From positions 864,001 to 928,000 of the forward strand of contig OY968796.1 in assembly GCA_963695545.1 (NCBI GenBank): DNA of 64,000 nt, written 5' to 3'. The translations under genes were made by a program, and so were the position numbers. The notes beneath the pieces were generated by a model, which worked only from the letters and a program-made list of their open reading frames with translations, searched no databases and was not told where the DNA came from. The first letter of the stretch is position 1. Each line of letters begins with the position of its first letter. The DNA comes from Terriglobia bacterium. GTDB lineage: Bacteria > Acidobacteriota > Terriglobia > Acidiferrales > UBA7541. Below, in pieces: positions 10,009 to 19,577 of this stretch.

Positions 10009-11224
10009 GGCCGCACTCCTGTCGGGAAAATTGAGAACGTGCCGGCGAGCCGGTTCTGCGCGCGAGGGCTTGCTCGAAGGCTTGGTAAGTGCGCGCGGCC
10101 ACAGCGTCGTTGGTATAGAAGCGCAACGCGCGGATGCGCCCCCGGTCGCCGATTTCCCCGCGCAAATCGGGGGAGGCAACAAGAGCGTCGAGTGCCGCTC
10201 GCAGTTCGCGCGTGTCGCGCTCAGGCACGATCATCGCCGCGTCGCCCGCGACTTCCGGCAACGCGCCGGAATTCGAGACGATCGACGGAATTCCGAGCAT
10301 CATGGCTTGCGCAAGCGTCAAGCCGAACTGTTCTTTCCATGCGGGCACGGCGTAGGAATCGAGAGCGAAGATGTCCGCGCAGCGGAGATAGCGCGGCACC
10401 TGGTCGTGCGCGACCGCGGGCACATGCACGATGCGTCCAGGAAGGCGCGCCATCCATTGCTCCCGAATTTCCCGCTCCAGCGGCCCGGAGCCGACCAGCA
10501 GCAGCTTCCATCGCCGGCAAGCGAGCGAAGCCAGGGCCTCATGCAGCAAACCAACTCCCTTTTCCGGAATCATGCGGCCCACGTATGCGACGACAACGCC
10601 TTCCGACAATCCCAATTCGCGGCGCAGCTTGGGCTCACGCCCCGGCCGATGAGCCGCGGGATCGAGACCTAGTTGAGGAACAACGTGAGTGCGGAACTGG
10701 ATGCGCGCCGCGCTTGCTTCGTCGCGCGCGAGCGTTTCCGCATCACGATTGCCACAGAGCAAGAGGTCGGCGCGGCGCAAAGTGAAGCGACGCAGCACGC
10801 CTTTCACCGCGCCGAGCGGGAAACGCCGGCGACGCAGTAAGTTGTCCCACGTGAAAACGGTCAGCGCCGCGTTCGGCGCGAGCGCCGCGCGGGCGAGCAC
10901 AACTTCGAGCGTGACCACCGATTGCGGCTCTTCCTCGACGTGAATCACTTCGGGACGAAACCGCGCGAACACCCGCGCGAGACCGGGCGGGTCGTATACG
11001 GCGGTAACGTGCGAGCACCCCAGCGCCGTGGCCAGCGGAACAATTTCCTGCGCGTCGAGTTGTGCGTGCCGCTCGAGCGCGTAGGTATGGCGAAAGACGT
11101 CGTGTCGTGCGCGGCGCGGCACGATCAGACGCAGCTCAAGCGTCGGGTCTAAGCGCTTCATCGCGGCGTATTTTTCCTGGTTCTGCGCCACAACGTAGGT
11201 GTGACCGACGACGGCGAGTCTCAT
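9992..11224 (-). CDS. GT4 glycosyltransferase
   Basis: YVGRMIPEKG, WKEQFGLTLAQAM. Start MRLAVVGH at 11224 (ATGA overlap); the longer ORF upstream is a shadow frame. Confidence 0.85.
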   Translation of the reverse strand: MRLAVVGHTYVVAQNQEKYAAMKRLDPTLELRLIVPRRARHDVFRHTYALERHAQLDAQEIVPLATALGCSHVTAVYDPPGLARVFARFRPEVIHVEEEPQSVVTLEVVLARAALAPNAALTVFTWDNLLRRRRFPLGAVKGVLRRFTLRRADLLLCGNRDAETLARDEASAARIQFRTHVVPQLGLDPAAHRPGREPKLRRELGLSEGVVVAYVGRMIPEKGVGLLHEALASLACRRWKLLLVGSGPLEREIREQWMARLPGRIVHVPAVAHDQVPRYLRCADIFALDSYAVPAWKEQFGLTLAQAMMLGIPSIVSNSGALPEVAGDAAMIVPERDTRELRAALDALVASPDLRGEIGDRGRIRALRFYTNDAVAARTYQAFEQALARRTGSPARSQFSRQECGHGIDG

Positions 11225-12729
11225 GTCGATTCCTCGGCGATCTCGCCTTGCGCCGATGCGTCTTCGCACGGACGATCGAGCGCCGGCAAACTCGCCATCA
11301 CGCCCGCGAACAGCCAGAAATAGACGTTGACGGGATCGAGATCGAGCAGCCAGGTCTTGAAGCTGTAGAGCATGGCGACAATCAGAAAACCCAGGAGCGC
11401 GGCAGCTGTCGCGTGCAGCCCCGGATCGCGCAGACGTCTTAAGATTTTCGATCCCGCGATCAGCAACGCAGCGAACACCGCGATCAACAACACCAATCCG
11501 AGCGCGCCGAGTTCGTAGCCGGCTTTGGCGTAATAGTTTTCGATCGCTCGGAAGAATTCCGGCCGCTCGAGTGCGTAGCGCGCAGAACCCGTGTTGGTTC
11601 CCGTGCCGTACCCAAACCAGGATGACGCGAGCGATTCGACGAGGCCGTTGTAAGCGGTGCTCACGGCGTAGGTCTCGAATAGGCCGGAGATCAATCCGAA
11701 CAACGGCCGCGCGGCAATGCGCGAAATCGCCAGCGCTCCGGCCAGGCCGGCTGCGGTGTAACCCACGGCACGGAGAGCGCCGGCCAGGCCGCGGTTGAGC
11801 CAGTACATCAGCGCGAGAAGCAGCGGAACGAAAATGTAAGCGGCGCGCGCGCCGGAAAGAAATCCGGCCATGGCCACGAAAACCAGCATCGCGCTTCCGA
11901 ACCGGCGCCAGGCGCGCGATGGATCGCCGAACGCCAATGCAAAACACGGCACCAGCATGGCCAGCGTGAAGCCGAAATATTGCAGCTCGAAAGTGAACGT
12001 CGAAGGAATACGCATGATCTGTCCGCCGCCCACCTCGAACAAACCAAGCGATTGCGTGACGTCCGCCGCAGCGCTGCCGTAGACCGTGGCCATGACGCGG
12101 TCGTAGCCAAACAAGAGCGACGCGACGTATTCGCCCACTCCCAGCGCGCATGGCAGGAGGGCCAGCACGGAAAGCATGCGAATTACGCGCGTCAAATCTC
12201 GGCGCTCGCTCACGAAGGCCACCGCCAGCACGAACAGCGGCAAGTAGGAAAGCCAGACCTTCGCTCCGATCACGGCGCTCAGCAGGTTGGGCACGCCGGG
12301 ATTGAACATTTGGGCGGCGACCAGCGCTGCGAACGCGCCCATCAACGCGGCGAGCGTTCGGTTGATGCGCGGAAACTGCTGACGGCGAAGCGCGATCGCC
12401 CCGAAAAATCCCAGATAGGCCGGCAAAACGAACAGCCAATCCTTGAAAAGCGCTGGTTGAAGAATCTCCGGACCCGTCCAGCCGTAAAACGCCAGCGTCG
12501 CGACGCCGGAAACCGGTAGGAACAACAGAAGGCCGTAGATGCCGCGCTTCCAGTCCACAAGAATCACGAGATAGAGAGCGCATGCGATGAATAGGCCGGC
12601 CGCGGCTGTCGATTCGGCGCGGAGAATGCAAAATGCCGCAAGCGCCGTGGCAACCGCGAGGGCGCCGAGCAAGCCCAGCGTCGATAGAAACGGGCGCTCC
12701 GCGTCCGCGGGCGCATTCACGGCTGCCAT
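11221..12729 (-). CDS. putative polysaccharide polymerase (Wzy-like)
   Basis: About 12 TM segments, SGARAA, GYGTGT, ENYY..GYELG; sits among the GT genes. Confidence 0.7.
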   Translation of the reverse strand: MAAVNAPADAERPFLSTLGLLGALAVATALAAFCILRAESTAAAGLFIACALYLVILVDWKRGIYGLLLFLPVSGVATLAFYGWTGPEILQPALFKDWLFVLPAYLGFFGAIALRRQQFPRINRTLAALMGAFAALVAAQMFNPGVPNLLSAVIGAKVWLSYLPLFVLAVAFVSERRDLTRVIRMLSVLALLPCALGVGEYVASLLFGYDRVMATVYGSAAADVTQSLGLFEVGGGQIMRIPSTFTFELQYFGFTLAMLVPCFALAFGDPSRAWRRFGSAMLVFVAMAGFLSGARAAYIFVPLLLALMYWLNRGLAGALRAVGYTAAGLAGALAISRIAARPLFGLISGLFETYAVSTAYNGLVESLASSWFGYGTGTNTGSARYALERPEFFRAIENYYAKAGYELGALGLVLLIAVFAALLIAGSKILRRLRDPGLHATAAALLGFLIVAMLYSFKTWLLDLDPVNVYFWLFAGVMASLPALDRPCEDASAQGEIAEEST

Positions 12730-12756
12730 GGATCGAATGATTCGCTTCTTGGCTCC

Positions 12757-14841
12757 TTATCCCGCGGACAGCGCGCGCGACACGGCTGCCGCGAGCCGCT
12801 CGCCATACGCTGTCCAAGAAAATTCTTCGGCTCGTCGCCGCGCCGCGTGCGCCATGTCCCGGCGACGCTCGGCATTGCAGTACAGCTCGACCAAGCGCTC
12901 GGCCAGCGGCTCGATCTCCCCGGCCGGCACGAGGAATCCTTCGATGCCGTTGCGCACCACTGAACCCGCGCTCGGCGTGGCAATTACGGGCAGGCCGGAC
13001 GCCATCGCCTCATAGGTCACCAGCGCCGAGCCTTCGTGCAGCGACGGAAGAACGAACACGTCGGCGCGGCGATAGATTTCGGCCAGCACAGCCTGCGAGG
13101 TTTGCGGCCGCCAGACGAACGTGTCGCGATAGCGTGGAAGCCAGTGCCCCCCGCCCACGATCTCTCCCACAAGTTCCAATTGGGCGTGGGGCAAATGCAA
13201 ACTGCGGAAAGCCTCGAGCAATTGCGCGATGCCTTTTGTTTGCGAGAGCCTGCCGACGAACAACACGCGAAAAACTCCGTCCGTGGCGCGTGGTTCGGGT
13301 GCGAAACGCTCGAGATCCGCGCCGAACGGCACATCCAAGATCCGTTCCGGCGCGGCGCCGGAAGCGAGCAGCGCCTCGCGCACGTAACCTGATGGCGCGA
13401 GAATGGCGTCGGCAAGGCGCATCTCTTCTCGATCTCTCGCGAGCCGCTCGTCCGACAAAGTCTCGGGATGCGGAAGCGAGTCCGCAAAATCGGGCCAGCG
13501 CTCGGCTTCGCGCGCGAAAAGATGCCGCGCGTGCAAGAGCGGTGCGCTGCTTTGATCGAGGATGGTGCGAATCCCCAGGCGATGCGCCGCGCGAAACGTG
13601 GCCATCGCGCAAGTATCGAAACAAATCACTCCGGCGGGACGTTCACGCTGGAGACAGCGCGCCACGCTCGAATCGAAAACACGGTTGCGCCAGCCCGATA
13701 GAAATTCCCAGTGCCGGCGCCCCGCGCGAAAACGCGTCGCTAGAAAGTAAGCGCCTTCAACCAATGGACGCGTGAGGATTCGTTCGGCTGGAATTTCGGG
13801 ATACGATCGCCGCGCGCACTGCCGCCGGAATTTTTCGGCCTGCGCCTCCGGAAGAAGCCGCAGCGCGCCAGCCAACGGCCCCGCAGCGGAAAAACGCACG
13901 CCGGTTACGAATCGCTTGAGCATGCCCGAGCGATTGAGCGCCACGGCCGCGCGCTCGCAATGCTGGCCGCCGGGATGCGCCAGCAAAACACTTTGTTGCG
14001 AGGAAGTACCTTCACCGGGTCGAACTCTCGACGGGCGAATCGGTGTGCACTCTCTCGCCGGGCCCGCCGGCTTCTGCGCCACCACCAACAGACGAAACGC
14101 GTGGCCGGCCACGCGTTCCCAGCGCTCATGTCGCCGCCGCAGCGCCCACACGATTCGGAAACGCGTTTCCTCAATCAATTGCTCGAGGTGCGTGGCACGG
14201 AAACGGAATGGATGGCAGAGCACGGCGAGCGTATCGCGATCGCGCCGGCCGGCGTAGGCGTGAAACTTGATGAGGCTCGCGATCGAAACCGTGTCGCATC
14301 CCAGAATCAAATAGCCGCCAGGACGCAAAATCCGAAAACATTCGCTCAACACCGCCGCGGGCGATTCGACGTGGTCGAGCACGTTGTATGAAGCCACGAT
14401 CGCAACGGAGCCCGTGTCCACAGGCAGATCTTCCCCGCGCGCTTCGATGTGCGTGTAATTGCGGCGGCATTCGGCGACCAGCGCGTGCATCGGTCGAGGA
14501 AGATCGATAGCGGGCGCGGCCGCGGGAAGCGGATCGACGCCGAGCAGGCTCCCTTCGGTTGAAAGAAAATGCAGCATGCCGATTCCCATCGGGCCGATGC
14601 CGACTTCTACTTTTTGTCCGTCACAACCAAGCAGCTCCGGCACAGCCGCCACCGCTTGATCGAGCGCGACAACCTTTTCGGCCAAAATGCGCGCCTGTTC
14701 GCGCAGCGAGCGGCGCGCGTGTTCCCAATAAATGGCTTCACCGCGCTGCGCGATTCGCCATCGCCCCGCATCCACGGCGAGAATGAGGTGCGCCGGGCCG
14801 GGAATGGCTTCAGATTTCATTTCAGGAGTTTCAAAGCGCAT
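12757..14841 (-). CDS. SAM methyltransferase + GT4 fusion (694 aa)
   Basis: N-terminal VEVGIGP, YNVLDHV, LRPGG; C-terminal FVGRLSQTKG, PSLHEGSALVTYEAMASG. Confidence 0.8.
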   Translation of the reverse strand: MRFETPEMKSEAIPGPAHLILAVDAGRWRIAQRGEAIYWEHARRSLREQARILAEKVVALDQAVAAVPELLGCDGQKVEVGIGPMGIGMLHFLSTEGSLLGVDPLPAAAPAIDLPRPMHALVAECRRNYTHIEARGEDLPVDTGSVAIVASYNVLDHVESPAAVLSECFRILRPGGYLILGCDTVSIASLIKFHAYAGRRDRDTLAVLCHPFRFRATHLEQLIEETRFRIVWALRRRHERWERVAGHAFRLLVVAQKPAGPARECTPIRPSRVRPGEGTSSQQSVLLAHPGGQHCERAAVALNRSGMLKRFVTGVRFSAAGPLAGALRLLPEAQAEKFRRQCARRSYPEIPAERILTRPLVEGAYFLATRFRAGRRHWEFLSGWRNRVFDSSVARCLQRERPAGVICFDTCAMATFRAAHRLGIRTILDQSSAPLLHARHLFAREAERWPDFADSLPHPETLSDERLARDREEMRLADAILAPSGYVREALLASGAAPERILDVPFGADLERFAPEPRATDGVFRVLFVGRLSQTKGIAQLLEAFRSLHLPHAQLELVGEIVGGGHWLPRYRDTFVWRPQTSQAVLAEIYRRADVFVLPSLHEGSALVTYEAMASGLPVIATPSAGSVVRNGIEGFLVPAGEIEPLAERLVELYCNAERRRDMAHAARRRAEEFSWTAYGERLAAAVSRALSAG

Positions 14842-14853
14842 GCTTCTCCTCGC

Positions 14854-16446
14854 CTACGCGCTGCGCACCACGCCCGACATCCAACGGCTCAGCACGCCCG
14901 ATTGCCATCGCAAGAAATGCCCGCAAGCCGTGGCCTCTGGCACGCGCAGGATCAGGCTGCCGAGGAAAAAAACTGCGATGCTCGCGCAGAATCCGCCGCT
15001 CACCTCGAGCCCAGAACCGACGCGCGGCACTTCCGTGGCCTGACCGAGAAGCGCGCCTGCCGCGGCGCCGGCCCAGCCGCTCACAACGCCGAGCGCGGTA
15101 AGCTCGAAAGCAAACGGCAACCATGCGCGCACATCCGCGAAACCCGCTCGGCCATAGAGCGCAGCGAGCAATGCCAGCGCGCACGACCAGCCGAGGATTG
15201 TATAAAGTGACGCGAGGCCGTCTGCGCCCCAGCGCGCGGCCCAAAGCGCTGCAACCGTCAGCGCTAAGCATCCTCCGAGGCTCACGATCGTCGGCAACCA
15301 AGCTTGCTGCCGGGCATAGAGCATTTTTTGTGCGTGGGTAATGATCACCACTGCCGGCGTTGATAGACTCAGCAGTCCAAACAACTGCGCGACGTGCGCC
15401 GAAGCCTGCGCGCCGAGGGCGCCGCGCTCCAGTAGCAACGCCACAATCGGACGGCGCAGTGCCAGCGCCCATGCGGCCGTGGGAGCCGCAAGAAATAAAC
15501 CCATGCGCAGTCCGCGCGTGCCCAGAGTTTCCAGATCCGCAGGCGCTCCCGTGGAGCGTTCGTCGGCGAAGCGCGGAAACAAAACCGTGGCCAGCGTCAG
15601 CGGCGCAAGCGAGATCAAAAGCCCGAGCTTGAATGCGTAGCCGAAAACAGCGAGACTTCCCGTCGGCAAACCCGACAACACGCGATTGATCACCAGCGGC
15701 GACCAAATTCCAGCAAGGAACATTCCCAGAAGAGGAATTGAAAGCGCGAGACCTCGGCGCACGTCCGGATCGCGAAGGCCGAACGCGAAACTCGCGCGCG
15801 CCCGATCTTTTCTGACCAGTGGAACAAGGCGACCGAGCGTCAGCGCGGAGCCCACTGCGACCGAGACGATCGTGGCGAAGATCAAAGGCCCGGAAGTCGC
15901 GCGCGCCGCAACCACCACGATCGCCGCGAGCAAAAGATTGCGCGCGAGTTGCGCAACCGAGGGCAGCCAGAAAATGCGTTGCGTATAAAGCAGCGCCGTG
16001 GCCACCCCGGTCACAACCAGCGGCGCGTAGGCCAATCCAATCCAGCGAACAAACGCCAAGGCTTCGGCGCGCCCAGGACCCGCGAGCCCTCCGGCCAGCA
16101 ACCACACCACGGCTTTCGGCCACAAAAATTGCGCCGCGCCAAACAGTCCCGCGCCGAGCAGAAAAACGTTGCCGATTCCCTGCGCCACGCGCCAGGCTTC
16201 CGCTGCGCCGCGCCGCGCCCGGCAATCCGTGAACACCGGCACCAGCACATGCGGCAGAATTTGCAGCACCAGCAGTTGTTGCCCCATCAGCAACAGCATC
16301 GAGCCGATGCGATATGCATCGGCGATGCTCGACGTGCCGTAGCGCCACGCCAAGGCCATCTCCACGGCCATGCCGGCCACCGGGCTCAGCAGCGAAAGAA
16401 TGGTGAGCGCGATTGCGGCGCGCGCCGTCTCGTAGGCCGGACGCAT
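14854..16446 (-). CDS. MOP-superfamily flippase, MurJ/MviN-like
   Basis: AWRYGTSSIADAY, LVPVF, LFPRFA, IVALLLERGA, MLYARQ patterns of MviN; about 14 TM segments; TGATG coupling with the upstream gene. Confidence 0.8.
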   Translation of the reverse strand: MRPAYETARAAIALTILSLLSPVAGMAVEMALAWRYGTSSIADAYRIGSMLLLMGQQLLVLQILPHVLVPVFTDCRARRGAAEAWRVAQGIGNVFLLGAGLFGAAQFLWPKAVVWLLAGGLAGPGRAEALAFVRWIGLAYAPLVVTGVATALLYTQRIFWLPSVAQLARNLLLAAIVVVAARATSGPLIFATIVSVAVGSALTLGRLVPLVRKDRARASFAFGLRDPDVRRGLALSIPLLGMFLAGIWSPLVINRVLSGLPTGSLAVFGYAFKLGLLISLAPLTLATVLFPRFADERSTGAPADLETLGTRGLRMGLFLAAPTAAWALALRRPIVALLLERGALGAQASAHVAQLFGLLSLSTPAVVIITHAQKMLYARQQAWLPTIVSLGGCLALTVAALWAARWGADGLASLYTILGWSCALALLAALYGRAGFADVRAWLPFAFELTALGVVSGWAGAAAGALLGQATEVPRVGSGLEVSGGFCASIAVFFLGSLILRVPEATACGHFLRWQSGVLSRWMSGVVRSA

Positions 16447-17300
16447 CAGCACACCCACTCGCGCGCGAAATAAGCGTGGGACGGCGGCGCGAGAGCCATG
16501 CGAGCAAAACCGTGTTGCCGGAGCAGGCGCTCGCAGGCGCCCAGGCTCTGTGCGCCGTGATACTCCATCACGATGCGCTCGATGCGATCGAGGACGGGCC
16601 GCGCGCCTTCGAGCGCTTCGAGTTCCGAACCTTCGACGTCGAGTTTCAGGAGATGAACGGCCGGAACGGCGTAGCAATCCAAAAGCGCTGGGAGCGTCGT
16701 CACATCCACGAAAATCTCAGACCACGCACTCGCCGATTCGTCCGCGCCTTTCTCCGTCATGGCCCCGGCCAGCGCCAGATGTCCGAGCGTCGATGCGTCC
16801 GATCGCCGGAACGCCGCTCGGCCCACCGCGCGTCCTACGGCTAAACGCAGCGCCGTAACCGCCGCAGCACCATTGCGCTCGAGATTTATTCCCAGACGAG
16901 CGAAGGTCTCAGGATCCGGCTCCAGCGCGAAAATCCGCGCGCAAGCGGCGCGCGCGGCGCGCAGCGAAAACATTCCGATGTTCGCGCCGCAATCGACCAC
17001 GCACCAACCCGGCCGCAGCGCGAACGCCGGATGCCGCTCGTACACAAGGTCTCGGAAAATTTCCTGATAGAGACACAACTCGCCGCCGCCGGGGCGCACA
17101 TGAATCTCCAACCCGCCGAGCCGAATCGCGCACTCGCCGTGCCCGCGAGAGCCCAGGCCCGCGCGGCCCAGCGCGCGTCGCGCGATATATCCGGCAAGCG
17201 CGCGATGCTCGGCGAATCCCCGCGCGTCGTGCCAGCAACCTGCCGCCGCGCGAAGCATCGGCTTGAAGTGACTCCATTCCGTTTGGGCGGCATTGCTCAC
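16446..17300 (-). CDS. FkbM-family methyltransferase
   Basis: VVDCGANIG, ALEPDP, LLKLDVEGSE, IVMEYH; GTGA coupling. Confidence 0.85.
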   Translation of the reverse strand: MSNAAQTEWSHFKPMLRAAAGCWHDARGFAEHRALAGYIARRALGRAGLGSRGHGECAIRLGGLEIHVRPGGGELCLYQEIFRDLVYERHPAFALRPGWCVVDCGANIGMFSLRAARAACARIFALEPDPETFARLGINLERNGAAAVTALRLAVGRAVGRAAFRRSDASTLGHLALAGAMTEKGADESASAWSEIFVDVTTLPALLDCYAVPAVHLLKLDVEGSELEALEGARPVLDRIERIVMEYHGAQSLGACERLLRQHGFARMALAPPSHAYFAREWVC

Positions 17301-17911
17301 GATCTCGCTCCCGCTCTGGCTGCGCGCGCGAATCGGCCGGCGCCGCGGCCCAGGTTCGACAAAATCCACGCCGCGGCGCGCGGCAGATCTTCGGCGCGCG
17401 CATCGGGTCTCGCGCCGCGAACTTTGGCGGACGCGCGCGTCGCGGCGCGTAGCGGTCGCGCCGCCGCTCTCGGACCGACCAGAATCGTGCGGCATCCCGC
17501 GGCGCGGCCCGCGGCGATGTCTTTCGCGGAATCGCCAACCAGAAACGAGCCGCGCAAACTCACACGCCATTGCCGCGCGGCGTCCAGCAGCAAGCCCGGC
17601 AGCGGCTTCCGGCACTCACAATGATCGGCGTCGCGATGCGGGCAAACGTAAATCCCGTCCAGCTCGATTTCGCGGTCGAGCGTCTGGTGCATGCGCTCAA
17701 GTTCCGCGGCGTGCAAGCGCCCGCGCGTGAGTTCGGGTTGGTTGGTGACCACCAAAGCCAATAAGCCCGCGCGGCGCAGCTTCCGAACCGCGCGCGCCAC
17801 GCCGGGCAGCACGGCGAAGTCCGCAAGGCGCAGCGGCGAAAGCCAGCGGCCGTCGCGACGCACCAGCGCGTTCAGAACTCCGTCTCTATCGAGAAACAGT
17901 GCTCGCCGCAT
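17297..17911 (-). CDS. gmhB: GmhB-like HAD sugar bisphosphate phosphatase
   Basis: FLDRDGVLN, VTNQ, CPH...CECRKP Zn motif, GDSAKD. Confidence 0.85.
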   Translation of the reverse strand: MRRALFLDRDGVLNALVRRDGRWLSPLRLADFAVLPGVARAVRKLRRAGLLALVVTNQPELTRGRLHAAELERMHQTLDREIELDGIYVCPHRDADHCECRKPLPGLLLDAARQWRVSLRGSFLVGDSAKDIAAGRAAGCRTILVGPRAAARPLRAATRASAKVRGARPDARAEDLPRAAAWILSNLGRGAGRFARAARAGARS

Positions 17912-18527
17912 GAGCCCTTTTTCTTTCGGCGCCGGCGCGGATGCGCTCGGCCACGCAGAAGGTCAGCAGGTGATGAATCACAACGTGAAAGGATTCAACG
18001 TGCGGCGTGGTGTGATACGGCACGATCACCGCGGCGTCGGCCAATTGGCGCATGGCCCCGCCGGTGAAACCGGCCAGGCCAATCGTTTGGCCGCCGTGCT
18101 GCTTTGCGAATTCCATGGCGCGCAATAAATTCTGCGACCACAATCCCGCGCGATCGCGCCCGCTGCCGCCATGCACGCTGATCGCGATCAGCAGATCGCC
18201 CGGGCGAAACAGCGTTTCGAGCTGCCGCAGATAGACGTTTTCCCAGCCGTCGTCGTTCACCAGCGCGCTCATCAGCGGCGCGTTGTCTCCGAGCGAGAGC
18301 ACGCGCAAGCGCGGCTGGTGCGGCACGATCGTGCACTTGAACAAATCCGCGGCCAGATGCGTGGCCGTGCCCGCCGAGCCGCCATTGCCGCAGGTGAACA
18401 CCGTGGCGCCGCGCTGCCAGGCCTCCCACAGCAGCTCAACGGCGCGGTCGAGAGATGCGCGGTCGATTTTTTCCGTGATCTCCTTCACACCCCGAAGGTA
18501 CTCGCCGATATATTCTCCGTTGCGCAT
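17886..18527 (-). CDS. gmhA: GmhA-like SIS sugar-phosphate isomerase
   Basis: CGNGGS..A.H.AADL, ALVNDDG, GFTGG, HVESFH; insertion after ISVHG. Confidence 0.8.
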   Translation of the reverse strand: MRNGEYIGEYLRGVKEITEKIDRASLDRAVELLWEAWQRGATVFTCGNGGSAGTATHLAADLFKCTIVPHQPRLRVLSLGDNAPLMSALVNDDGWENVYLRQLETLFRPGDLLIAISVHGGSGRDRAGLWSQNLLRAMEFAKQHGGQTIGLAGFTGGAMRQLADAAVIVPYHTTPHVESFHVVIHHLLTFCVAERIRAGAERKRAHAASTVSR

Positions 18528-18569
18528 ATTGCGCCTCCTTCAGTCATCCAGTCGTCTTTCAATCTTTCG

Positions 18570-19577
18570 TTACGCATCGATTCGCACCACAGCGTTCGTG
18601 CGCGCCGATTCGTACGCCGCGGCCGCCAGACGTAGCGCCTGCCAGCCGTCCCAACCGCTCGCTTCTGGAGCGCGCTCCTCGCGAATGGCGGCCGTAAATT
18701 CCGCCCACTCCGCGGCCCAGGAGGTGTCTTCGCCCAGAAATTCGATTTGCTGTTCCGCCGGGGCGCCGCTTGCGCGCCGCTCGCCGATCACCAGGCGCTC
18801 CGGTCCGTAGCTGCCGCCTAATCCTTCGATCTCGATGTAACCGCTTTCGCCGAACACCTCGAACGAAAATAGGTTCTTCCACTGCGTCCAGCTTGCGTGC
18901 AGACTCGCGGTAACGCCTTCGGCGGTGCGCAGCAAACAAAACGCGTTGTCTTCCACCGCGATCGGCCAGTACGCCGACGAAACCATCGCGGACATTTCCG
19001 AGAATTCGCCGGCGAACCAGCGAAACAAATCGAGCGCGTGCACGCCCTGATCGAGCAATTCGCCGCCGCCGGAAACGCGATCGGCGCGCCATTCATGCTC
19101 GTAGCCTGTGCGTCCGCCGTGACCGTAGCGGCAACGCAGCAAGAGAATCCGCCCGATGCGGCCCTCGCGCGCCAGGCGATGCGCCTCCGCAATGGCCGGG
19201 TGATAGCGGTGATTGAAACCGGTCTTGAGAGCGCGCTTGGCGCGCGCCGCGACAGCCACCAGATCGGCCGCTTCCTCAGGAGTGCGCGCCAGCGGCTTTT
19301 CGCAAAGCACGTGCTTGCCGGCCTCGAGCGCCGCTTTCGCCACCGGCGCGAGCCATTGGTGCGGCGTCGCGACGATCACCGCTTCCACGTCGCGCGCGGC
19401 AACGAGCGCTTCGGACTCTGCATACACGCGCGATCCAAACGCGCGCGCCATCACTTCGGCGCGCCCCGCGTCCACGTCCGCCACGGCCACGAGGCGCGCG
19501 CCGCCGGCGCGAGACAACACTTCCGCGCGCCGCGCTCCCGCGCGTCCCGCTCCGACGATGCCGACGCCAAGCGTCAT
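18570..19577 (-). CDS. Gfo/Idh/MocA-family oxidoreductase
   Basis: GIVGAG, HVLCEKPL, GFNHRYHP, GGGELLDQGVH. Confidence 0.9.
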   Translation of the reverse strand: MTLGVGIVGAGRAGARRAEVLSRAGGARLVAVADVDAGRAEVMARAFGSRVYAESEALVAARDVEAVIVATPHQWLAPVAKAALEAGKHVLCEKPLARTPEEAADLVAVAARAKRALKTGFNHRYHPAIAEAHRLAREGRIGRILLLRCRYGHGGRTGYEHEWRADRVSGGGELLDQGVHALDLFRWFAGEFSEMSAMVSSAYWPIAVEDNAFCLLRTAEGVTASLHASWTQWKNLFSFEVFGESGYIEIEGLGGSYGPERLVIGERRASGAPAEQQIEFLGEDTSWAAEWAEFTAAIREERAPEASGWDGWQALRLAAAAYESARTNAVVRIDA

